A stretch of 64,000 nucleotides of DNA, from the NCBI GenBank assembly GCA_977030845.1, contig OZ365109.1, positions 62,062,001 to 62,126,000 on the forward strand. Direction: 5' to 3'. This document shows, one piece after another, positions 54,095 to 64,000 of this stretch. The stretch's first letter is position 1; the number at the start of each line of letters is the position of its first letter. The stretch is from Fimbriosthenelais zetlandica (taxonomy: Eukaryota). The notes beneath the pieces are model-generated. The model made no database searches, was not told where the DNA came from, and was given only the letters and a program-made list of their open reading frames with translations. Made by a program: the position numbers and the translations under genes.

Positions 54095-56639
54095 ACCATA
54101 AGCGAAGATGGCAAACGTTCAGTGGGATTTATCCCTGGTGGGATACAATAATACCAGTCGAGTTCTCCATGTGTCTGTATCAGGGCTGATTTGAAAATGT
54201 TCACTGTCACATTGTTAATGTGTTAGTCTGGTATAAAACCATCTATGTTGTCTGTCAAACGAGGTTCATATATATGATAAAGCCTGTAGGCCTATTCATT
54301 GTTCTTTTCTACCATTGAATTATACGCTTATTTCTGTTTGTTGAAAAAGTATCACGTTGAATTACATAATACCGTATGTAATAGAAATCTACTTAATGAT
54401 ATTGAATTATATTCGGACAAATGATATTAAATTACATATGAGCAGATGTAATTTATATGGGATAGAATTCAAATGGTAATCTTTGTAAGGTGAATTAGAA
54501 ATGGATACTGTAACCTTGATGTGGTCAAATTTTTATTACGTAGGCTTATTTAGACATACCGGTACCTGTGTGCGCAGCAAACTATGATATGCAAGAACAG
54601 CTATGTAATGTACTCAATATGGAAAAAGATAGCTTTAATGGCCTATAGATGCCAAATCGTTTAATAGAATCCTCAGGGTTGAAACAAGACCTTTGTCACC
54701 AATGTACTTGATCTGATCCGTAGCCTTGTGCACTACATAATAATTATAATCTAGGTTGCACAGGCTTAAATTACTATAGATATTGTATATGTATATTAGT
54801 ACCACTAACACTTACTGAAATATAATGAGAACTGTATCCTTTATAACGTTTTGATATAATGAAATGCCCTCTATGAAAAGTAGAATTAACAAATAATTGT
54901 TAATCTATACATGTATAATGTACATTTTTAATGCTGAGTAGGACCATTTAGTCCTTACCAAAGTGCTTAGTTATTCATTGATTATTTATAGATGAATATT
55001 AAATTTGTAATATTAATTTGGATATTTAATCTCCTCAATCCCACTAATGATTAGCTATAAATACTAAATCGCTATGATTAGCAATAAAATGTAGTTTACT
55101 CGTAGGTCCGCGATGCTTTATGTATTCTAGTTGTACCCAGACATTTTCATGTACCGATATATGAAGAATAAGTTAATTTAACAGAAAGCTACTGGCACTG
55201 TTACCTCAAATACATACCTCAAATTATACAAAGAAATAGCTTTCTAATTTCCTTGTATTTCAGATATTGATAAATGTTGATAAGAATGTATCGTAGTGTA
55301 AGAAGAATCTAATCCTGTTCTGTCTCGTTCACTACCTTATGTATATTACTGGTACACACATTTTTAATATTACCGGATTATTCGGACGCTGAGTTACTTG
55401 TTTCAATCCTTAACCTTCAGAATTGTCGAGAATGGCTGGAGAACTTGGAAAACATGAACTCTTTTAGTCGATCGTTGCATTCCAAAGCAAACTTAAATTG
55501 TTCGTCCTTTGCTTATTTCTTATCATGTCGGGGTTTCTTTTGTAAGTTTCGATGATAAATCTTTATTATACGTTTTACTTTTTTATATTTTATGTTATAT
55601 CGCAGGTTATATATATACTATATATATCTATTTTGTCTTTCAACCGGTTTTAAAAATTAAAATCAGACAAACTCCTGTTACTATAATAATTATAGGTTAT
55701 ATGTAAGCCTACTTGATTTCCTTCAATGTTTCTTTTGTTATAATAACAGTAGGATTCCGTGTAGAATTCAATGGGGTCCTCTTCTGGTTCATTCATTTTG
55801 ATATTAAAATTTTGTTATGAATTGTATTAGATCTATTAGTTCTTTAGTTATAAGTGTATAGATCTATCCCTTTAGAATCTTTGATGAAGGCTTTATGATC
55901 AAGTGTCCATTTATGTAAGTCAACATACAAGTCTGTTTCTGTGGTCCATGCATAAATTTAAGGCTATTTAGTTGTTATAATGATAATTATATTTCCTACA
56001 TACAGCCTCTAACTTTTCGGATTTTAGTCCTTAGGCCTATAAATATAATTGTCGCTGATAACGTTGAAAGCTTTTACATATTGAACGATTCCATCTTGCT
56101 TGATAGATCCATAGAAGTAGACTTCTATGATAGATCTGCGCTGAGCGCCCGATATCAGTTTTGTTTTCCTATTGTTTATGATTGTTTGGAGATACCTGAT
56201 TGATTGATAGACCTGCCTACTTATATTGATGTTTAAACCAAAAAATCTATAAGTTAGGCCTACTCAATCTGTACAGGAAAATATTTCAGATACCAATTAA
56301 ACTTATTTCTATAGAACATCTTTCTTGTTCATTATTATGAATCCAACTCCCTCGAATACCCCTGTGGGCTCCTGTTAAGTGGAATGTTGATAGGGGTATT
56401 GTTAGTTAGAATATCAGTTGGGCCTAATAATTGGTGATTGTAGCATGTATAGGTCTATACTATAGTATAGCCTACCTCAGGCTAGGCTAAAACCTAGGCA
56501 TATTCCCGTCCCTGCAATAGACTTAAACTAGCCCATGTTTCATAAATAATGTGTAATTTCGGATAAACAATACAGTTTGATGGGAAATTGAACTTTTTCA
56601 TGACACAAATTTCAGTTCGCCTAGCCCTCAGCTCCGACA

Positions 56640-56907
56640 CCACCTTATGACATGCGGGCGGGAAATGAGTGGGCCTGAGATCACCGCACAGTGGCGCCCT
56701 CTGTATCAGTGTGGTGAACTACAGGCATCAGCTCTCCGCCATGAAAACAACCCTCGACAGAGTCTGTCTTTCCACGTTATGATCGTCAATAACCGTCCGC
56801 CCTGCCTCCAATTCCTACTTACTATCGCCAGACACAATCTAACAGCCCCATGGTTCAACCGACAAGTTCAAATTCGGAATTTTCTCTGCTGGATCTTCGG
56901 CGGAACA
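56640..56907 (+). promoter_or_regulatory. Candidate promoter and non-coding first exon of gene B
   Basis: CpG-rich patch with GC box GCGGGCGGGA (about 56654-56663), a CTCF-like motif (56689-56705) and a donor ACA|GTGAGT at 56907/56908. Confidence 0.5.
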
Positions 56908-57603
56908 GTGAGTAGTTGAGCGCTTGTTCTTGTTTTACCCTATTTTCGCCCAATGCGGGCTGGGAAAGAATAGCCCCTATGCTATGGCCTATCTGGCAAT
57001 CATATGGTTATGTGTTATGTATTCACAGAAGAACTATTTATGGTCAGTTTTTGACAGGTAGCTGCTTAAATGTAACTCTCAAACAGCATACTATAATCTA
57101 TAATAACTGTTTTAACTTGTAATTTTTAATTCAATGCCAATGGTCAATGGACCTTTTTATCCCGTCATCATAAATAATGAATAACATGATTACCTGCTCA
57201 TTTGACAGGAAGAAAAATACAGGATAGAGATCTAAGTTTGGGCTTTACTATAGCTCTTGGGCCAGTTGGGGTGCTACTCTATCATACCATGAGACTCCAT
57301 ATGATCGGTCTATCACTATGACCTATCAGTATCGCCCACGGGATTCCTTTGATCTTCTTACTTTAGAACTAAGTTCTATGCTTATGCCTTTTGGCTATGT
57401 AACGTTATGGTTGCCTTGTACTTGTAGCCCGCATAGCTGGTCCCACTCACATTCCTGGCATAAAGGATGGACATTTTATTTTAAAATTAATTTTTAAGTA
57501 GGCCTACAGTTTTACTATAATAAGGATATTCGGTTTTAAGTAGACACCATGGCATGGGTCTAAACTATTCAAGTAACGAATCTAATTTTTTTCAGGTGTT
57601 ACA

Positions 57604-59472
57604 ATGAGTGCAGAGAGGGAGAAATCTTCCAAAGAGCGTGTGAGGGCCATCCTGTCTGAGTCAGTCTCCGTCCTCTGTCGCACCATGCTTCAATACGATG
57701 CCGAGCTGAGTATCCGCGGTCTGCTGGGAATCACAGTGGATAACCGAGATGTATTCCTGGTAGACATCCTGGAGACGGTTCGCGGTCGAAACCACGATGT
57801 ATCAGGCGTAGCTGTCATAGACCCGGGTAAAGAGGACTCAGAGGCAGACATGTTAGTGGTGGACGACTCGGACATGGAAGAGAAAGGACATGCTAATTCT
57901 CTAAACCACTCTCACCAAAACCCACACATGCAGGAAAAACCTGGCAAATGTGCTGAGAACATGACCATCTCTCAAGGCCAGACTCAGGCGGCTCCGAACA
58001 ATGAACAAGCACATGGAGAAGTTGTACAAATAATGAACCCTGAATCTCTAGCCAGGCAACCTATAGGTCTAAAAGAACTTGGTGATGCAGCTTTTGCCAG
58101 AAGTATTAGTCACTTCCATCAGCAGATTGCTAATAAAGCAGTGAACATGAAATCAAATGTCAGTATGCAGGGTGCGATGAGTAGGGTGGCAGAGGATGCC
58201 AATGATATGTCAAACGCCAATGTCATCAGTTCACAGGCTTTGAATATGTCAACGACTACTCAAGTGGAATCAGTATCAACAGAGCAGAATGATGATCCTA
58301 ACTTCAGGCTACAGAATCATGAGACTGAGAGACAAAGTGTTGTCCACAAACATGAGGATGATACGAGGGAGGGTGAGCCAGAGCAGCAAACCACTATGTA
58401 TACACTATGTGCTTGTGAAAGTACTGGAGATGCTGCGGACTGTTCAATGAAGCATAATGCTAACCAGGCTCAGACCGTGTGGAGTCATAGTGAGACAGGT
58501 CAGCGTTCAACGGACTATGTGGCAGTAGCCTCCCAAGCCAATGTTACACCTATAAGCCAGTCAACCACTGTCCCTGTATCCCAAGTCCACACAGCAGCTA
58601 ACTCTTCCAACCCCGTCCTCACCACCCAAGACCCTTATCAACTCTGGAACAAGGCAAACAGTCAACAGCAGAACACCACTATGACTACATCAGCTAATTG
58701 GTCCAGTCTTCCTATAGCTGCTGCCGCCGCCGCTGCTGCAGCTGCCTCTTCTGTCCCAACCACAACTTGGTCTGGTCAGACACAAAGTCAGGCACAAACC
58801 GTGACTGTTGCTACTAGTACTGAAGTGATGGCTTCAGCTCCAATACAGTCACTCTACTCCTCGTTGCCAGAGACTATCAGCAGTGCCATATTACATACTA
58901 CTTACTCCCAAGGAGGCAGCACCCCAAAAAACTTGAGAGGTGAAGGGGTTTTTCCATGCAAACTCTGCAGTCGTGTTTTCACCTACAAGAAGTCTAAAGC
59001 CAGACACATGAAGAGACATCTGGGACAGTTTTACACATGTGAAGTGTGTAAAAAGACTTTATGTCGCAAAGATGTTCTCGCACGCCATCAACACAACGTT
59101 CACGGCATCAAGATAGAGACGAGTGGAGAGACGAGCAAGTCTCCGCAGAAGTCGCAGGGCGAGGAGCCCACCACCATTTCATTGCTTTCACAGGCCAACG
59201 AAGTTGCTGCTAATAATACTTATCCGACATCGCAGTCTGCAGGACACGGACAGCGAAGCTATGAAGCAGTGGAGTTTACCAACACCAACACACCTCAACT
59301 GACAGTACCCAGGCCACCTCTTGCTGCTGTAGTCACCTCCCTCTCTCAACCCATCCAGTCCTTCCTCACACTCAATCACACTGCTATACAAGCCCATCAG
59401 AGCCCCAATCAAACCAGCGTCCAGTCAAATGTACAGGCATCCCTTCATCATGGCGCTAGTCCATCGACATAA
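57604..59472 (+). CDS. Gene B: C2H2 zinc-finger protein with GLLGITxD N-terminal domain, 622 aa, single coding exon
   Basis: 622-aa ORF. Two fingers, FPCKLCSRVFTYKKSKARHMKRH and YTCEVCKKTLCRKDVLARHQHNVH, at about 58951-59103. Poly-Ala at 58717-58746. An acceptor TTTTTTTCAG ends at 57595, 8 nt before the ATG. Confidence 0.9.
   Translation: MSAEREKSSKERVRAILSESVSVLCRTMLQYDAELSIRGLLGITVDNRDVFLVDILETVRGRNHDVSGVAVIDPGKEDSEADMLVVDDSDMEEKGHANSLNHSHQNPHMQEKPGKCAENMTISQGQTQAAPNNEQAHGEVVQIMNPESLARQPIGLKELGDAAFARSISHFHQQIANKAVNMKSNVSMQGAMSRVAEDANDMSNANVISSQALNMSTTTQVESVSTEQNDDPNFRLQNHETERQSVVHKHEDDTREGEPEQQTTMYTLCACESTGDAADCSMKHNANQAQTVWSHSETGQRSTDYVAVASQANVTPISQSTTVPVSQVHTAANSSNPVLTTQDPYQLWNKANSQQQNTTMTTSANWSSLPIAAAAAAAAAASSVPTTTWSGQTQSQAQTVTVATSTEVMASAPIQSLYSSLPETISSAILHTTYSQGGSTPKNLRGEGVFPCKLCSRVFTYKKSKARHMKRHLGQFYTCEVCKKTLCRKDVLARHQHNVHGIKIETSGETSKSPQKSQGEEPTTISLLSQANEVAANNTYPTSQSAGHGQRSYEAVEFTNTNTPQLTVPRPPLAAVVTSLSQPIQSFLTLNHTAIQAHQSPNQTSVQSNVQASLHHGASPST
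57634..57780 (+). other. GLLGITxD N-terminal domain, copy in gene B
   Basis: ERVRAILSESVSVLCRTMLQYDAELSIRGLLGITVDNRDVFLVDILETV, homologous to 51185-51331. Confidence 0.85.
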
Positions 59473-59497
59473 AGACAGTTGGTTGCAAAGTTATTCA

Positions 59498-59666
59498 GAC
59501 TCAATTAAACATAAGGTTTATTGGCAAAATGAAAATTTTTGCTGAAGCATAATTTTGAGAAAGGAATATTTGATCTCGATATTATGCTTTTCTGGTATGG
59601 TTATCAGTATCACAAACAGCTGCAAGGTTCTAAATTTTGCCAATAAACCTAATGTTTAATAGGGTT
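59498..59666. mobile_element. MITE-like element of about 170 bp with long terminal inverted repeats
   Basis: ATTAAACATAAGGTTTATTGGCAAAAT (59504-59530) is the reverse complement of 59634-59660 at 26/27 positions, with weaker pairing a few nt further out. The interior is non-coding. Confidence 0.7.
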
Positions 59667-60119
59667 GTATAATTTTGCTTCCTAATGTACGTCACCTTGG
59701 AAAACGGTGCTACTCTTAAATTTTCCCAACCATAAACCTTCAAAAGTTTACCGCCCGACTACAGCTGTTTGAAAGGCCTCGGACATTTGAAAAAAAATCA
59801 CTAGAATCAGTAATTTTAAATTAAATTATTATATTTCCCTCTTATAATGCTGGCGTTGAGTACAATATGAATTTTGCAGTTCACTATTTACATATATTCA
59901 TATTGTAGAAAATGTTGTCATTGGTTTATTTTGCGGATGGTGATGTGGTTGTATGTGTAGTTATGGACATTACTTGCATTCTTCATAATTATAAAGAGGG
60001 TCAAAGATTGTGCGCTCAATTATGGTTTAATACCGTAATAATTATTTAAAACAAATGTATAAGTGCATGTTGATGTAGGCAATAAAGGCGGTTATGTTCA
60101 GTAAACACATCTGCTCTTG

Positions 60120-60275
60120 TATTTTTACAAATATTTTTTGGGGTGGTTCTTTGTGAAATTTGAGTGAAAAAATGTACATTGATTTTTGGCTTTTTTTTTT
60201 AAGTTGAGGAAAAATGTATAAGGATTTCTGCGTTTTTGTAAAATTTGAGAAAAAATATATACAATGTAACTGCAT
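60120..60275. repeat. Degenerate A/T-rich tandem repeat in the PHAX 3' region
   Basis: Three recurrences of TTGAG..AAAAA(T)GTA(C/T)A-like units. Confidence 0.45.
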
Positions 60276-60357
60276 GACATTTTCTTCATAATATACAATA
60301 ATTCAAAACAATGATTTACTCTAACGATAGGTATTTTACCACAAAATATTTAACGCT

Positions 60358-62642
60358 TTATTCTAACTGGATGCCTATCTCGGTTTCAAGATCTAGATCA
60401 TCGTCCTCTAATTCTCCGTCCTCCATTTCTAATTCTCCAGTTTTACTGGCCTCAGTCTCTAGGGCTGCTTTAGGAACATTGTCGCTTTTGATAGCAGAGA
60501 ACACATCCTGTGGTCGCTTGACAGCTGCTAACTGGACACGTTTAGCTTTTAGTATTTTCCTTTTGCGTCTGTAAAATAATACAAAAAGGATATTATAAAA
60601 TAGTTTTTGAATTATTTTGATAAAGGATAGAGCTATGCACACATTTTAAGTAGTAAATAATGAAATATATTTTAATATTTTTAGGAACACCTATTACGAA
60701 TGTCTCTGTTCTGGAGCATTTACTCACTGTTTGTCAAGTTCCCGTTCTTCCTCAAATATTTTGTCCAAATCTTCCTTCCGGATATGTCGATCCTCACGGA
60801 GGAGGAAAAGAAAGACTCCACCGGGAGTTCTTCTCCGGGATCCATTCTGAAGTTTTGCCAAGGGAAAATCATCAACAGTTCAAATCATTTTAAATTATTT
60901 AAAAATTCTAAAGTCCATATGAAATTCATTCTAGAGTGTGAATTCGTAATTCTTACCTTAATCATCAGGCCCCCTGTGGATTCAATAGTTATTGTTTCAG
61001 ACATCAAATCGACAGCCCTTCTCGGTCCAAGGATATCTACCACACGAGCTGAAAAATATGCAACAATGGATCTTAGAACAAAATACATATATGAAACAAC
61101 ATTGTTGTAAAAAATGTCAATTATAAATATATCAGTGATTTATTATGCCAACTTTTACAGATGTAATAATTTCATCACCTGTAATATGACTGAATTATAA
61201 TTTAGAATTGAGAACAAGAATCTTCAACTTACTCATTAAACCGACTTTTGGCTCCTTCAGATTGTGTGTCAAGGCAGCAACTATCTTTTCTGTGGAATCC
61301 GTTTCAGTCACTTGTATCAAATCAAGTGGTAGGGTCTCACTTCCAGTTGTTTCACGCTTCTTCCCCAACCTTTCCTTTACATTTTTCTTTTTGTTCTTAT
61401 CACGTTTTCGTTTAAGAGTATACATGACTAATTCTTTCTGGAAGTCATCGACTTCACCTCTCTTACTCTGAGGTCGACTCTTATGGTATCTTCTATCTTC
61501 ACCACTATCAGAATCGCTGTCACTTTTACATGAACCAAGTCTATCTTTTACCGAAAGCTTGGGTAACTTTTTCTCAGGAATAGTCCCAAAGGTTTCAATT
61601 TCAAACAATCCTTCTTGGTCCTTGGCCTCTTTGTCTTCCGTATCAGGGCTCTTACTTTCCATTTCCACTTCGACAGGCTTTTTTTGCTCTTTTGTTTCCT
61701 TACTTTCTTCATCATCCCCAGATTCACCAAAGAGATCATCGTCGTATGTAATATTAGAGTGTCTGGGTAATTGATAAGCCTCCACATTTCTATAACTGAG
61801 AGCAGATAAGTCTTTTTCGACTGCAAAACTTCCTATTTCTTGGGTCAGCACCTGTTCTGCTAAAACATTACCCCAAACGTTTTTTGGCTTTGATTGAGAT
61901 TGCTGTGCTTTGCTCCTATCAAGATTCCAGACGTCTTTCCCGCTTGCACCCTTTCCCTCAGTGTTTTGAAAGCCCAGATCCGAGGGACCACGATGTTTAG
62001 ATTGCAACAGAGGGTTTTTGAAATTTGTCCGGCTGTCTTGCGGCTTGTAGCATTTACGTTTGGGAAAACCTTCGCCCTCAACATCACTGTCACTTTCTTC
62101 AGATTCAGATGAAAGTCCCGGAACTTGACTTTTTCTAAAAGCTTCAACTGGAGTCGGGGCAGATGGTCTTGGTAGGCATACAGGATTAAATGACGGCGCA
62201 GCACCTGCTTTGGTATGCTGAAAGAACAACAGAATGGTAATATAGTTTTATAATTTATAGAAAATGTGGTAAACTCTAAATATAAATTTAACACATTTTT
62301 ATCACCCCCTCCTCCTGGCCTGGATCCAGAATTTTTCAGAAGGGTTGGGGGAGCCGGGTTAGGGTTAGGGTAATACGGTTAACCGTCAAAAAATGGGAGG
62401 GGTGGGGTTCAGTCTGAAGAACACTCTGATTCTGAACAGTTAGTTAGCCTACAACTTTACTTGGTGATTCTGATTTTCTGAACAAATTCGAATACAAACT
62501 CGGTGGTATCATTACAAATAATTGAAATGCATTTAAAAATGAACACCGTAAACCACATGAATACATTAGAAACTCTCCAAATTTGACAAAAACAGACCTG
62601 TTCTGTTTCACTCCCCGAGTCAGACAGCTCTCCGTCCTCCAT
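60358..62642 (-). CDS. PHAX: Phosphorylated adapter RNA export protein, 483 aa
   Basis: Exons 62642-62598, 62217-61233, 61048-60957, 60846-60728 and 60568-60358. All introns are GT-AG with consistent phases, 1452 nt in total. Diagnostic motifs: MEDGELSDS, KNVWGNVLAEQ, VKERLG, LKEPK..LM, RVVDILG...A, and NGSRRRTPGGVFL of the PHAX RNA-binding domain. Confidence 0.96.
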
Positions 62643-62876
62643 CTTGGCGCCGTTGTGTATTCGTCAAAGGTCAAGGTCGACTTACTGAAAAATCTAACAA
62701 AACATTATTATTTTGATATATGCACTAGCGATGAGTAAAAACCAATAAAACGAATACTAAATAAATATTAAATAACCTAATGTTAATAATTTGACATTTG
62801 CTGTTCGGTCGGCAAATTTCGGAAACTTCCGGACACATCTCACTTCCGGTGCAGTCGACAACCGAAATTTTTCAGA
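62643..62876. promoter_or_regulatory. Bidirectional promoter PHAX/TMCO1
   Basis: Only 234 nt separate the divergent ATGs. Two ETS/GABP-type ACTTCCGG motifs lie at 62825-62832 and 62842-62849. A YY1-like GCGCCAAGATGG overlaps the PHAX start. Confidence 0.8.
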
Positions 62877-63930
62877 ATGTTCGCAGATACTTTACTCATC
62901 TTATTTATTTCCATAGCTACAGCCCTATTGGGTGAAGGTAAGGGATGAGGATAACAATTTCTTGTACACGATTGCAGTAACTGCTTTATTATTACATGTG
63001 TAATCGCTCGAATATCTCCACAACATATCTGTTGTCTTCATAAATCCCCATTTATCGCTCATTATCTCACCGGCGGGCGGGGTCGGGGTACCGGTACGGC
63101 CCCGGGGATAGACCGGCCGGCGTGAGGGCCGGTCGGACGACGTATAGTGTAGCCTTTACTACCGTACCCCGTGTAGTGTACCCGACGTGAGGCAAAGTTG
63201 ATAGCCGATCCAGGGGCCTAGGCTATGATTATATTAGGATATTTAAAGCTACATTTATTTATTACGTACGGGTACCGTCATTTTGAGTAATTTGTTTTTG
63301 TGACTGAATTAATTGCCGAATTAATTATTGATTATGCTTTTTCTAGGGTTAACATGGCTTCTCGTTTACCGAACGGAAAAATACATCAAGTTAAAAGCTG
63401 AAGTGGAAAAACAAAGCAAAAAATGTAAGTATCCTATCCTATACCGGTACGGTAATTGATAGGCCTAATTGCTCACTCCATGCAATTTTTAAAAAATATG
63501 TTACGGCTCTGGCTACAAATAGGCTAATGCGTAAAAATAAAATAATGAGAGTCAGACGAAATTATGCCTAAGCCTTATATTTAGTCCTGTTTGCCCATAG
63601 TCATAGACCTATATAAATAGGCGTACGTAGGCTACATCTCCTCATCGATATTCCCGAAATATTATATTACATTTAAGAATGTACCGAAATATCTTTTACA
63701 GTGGAAAAGCAAAAGGAATCTGGGGAGTCTGCTGACAGGAGCCACAAAAAGAAAATAGGTAAGATCACACGTTTGTTCCTAGGTAAGATCACACGATTGG
63801 CGTTTGTCCGATTTGAGGATGGGCTGGACATTTCATGACGAAAATAATCGTTATAAATATAATTATTACATCTTTATTTTTAGAACGACAGGAAGAACGC
63901 CTAAAAAACAACAACCGGGATTTGTCTTTG
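62877..63930 (+). CDS. TMCO1: Transmembrane and coiled-coil domain protein 1 (ER Ca2+ load-activated channel / GEL complex subunit), exons 1-4; the gene continues beyond the window
   Basis: Exons 62877-62937, 63347-63424, 63702-63758 and 63884-63930 join to MFADTLLILFISIATALLGEGLTWLLVYRTEKYIKLKAEVEKQSKKLEKQKESGESADRSHKKKIERQEERLKNNNRDLSL, close to the vertebrate TMCO1 N-terminus as I recall it. Confidence 0.96.
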
Positions 63931-64000
63931 GTAGGTTCATGATGGTTATTTACTCTTAATGCTTTGATTCAGTGGAATATAAATTTAAAAATGAAATATC

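Noticed and set aside
50536-59472. Genes A and B as one alternatively spliced locus (mod(mdg4)/lola style)
   Set aside because: Each has its own copy of the N-terminal module and its own candidate promoter. Splicing a phase-0 donor of A to acceptor 57595 reads VLQ* immediately.
62356-62371. Interstitial telomere (GGGTTAGGGTTAGGGT)
   Set aside because: Only about 2.5 units, embedded in a small dispersed repeat in PHAX intron 1.

Overview
AT-rich, intron-containing animal genomic DNA. The gene content suggests a marine lophotrochozoan, but that is inference. The last 14 kb is gene-dense. Gene A (+, 4 coding exons, 50536-53672, about 689 aa) joins a short GLLGITxD domain, an AT-hook-like motif and a pogo/DDE_1-type transposase DNA-binding region with no catalytic domain, followed by a polyQ/His-rich tail. 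Gene B (+, one coding exon, 57604-59472, 622 aa) carries the same GLLGITxD domain with two C2H2 zinc fingers. PHAX follows (-, 5 exons, 483 aa), and the first four exons of TMCO1 (+) lie head-to-head with it. The first ~47 kb has no protein I can recognise. It contains decayed LINE-like fragments, small dispersed repeats, CpG-rich promoter/enhancer-like patches and splice-signal evidence for a long minus-strand transcript starting near 37 kb. The most interesting signal is the gene A/B pair: one small shared N-terminal module on two unrelated DNA-binding domains, one apparently captured from a transposase. This resembles KRAB-ZNF/KRAB-transposase fusions. All assignments come from reading the sequence and recalling families; no searches were run.
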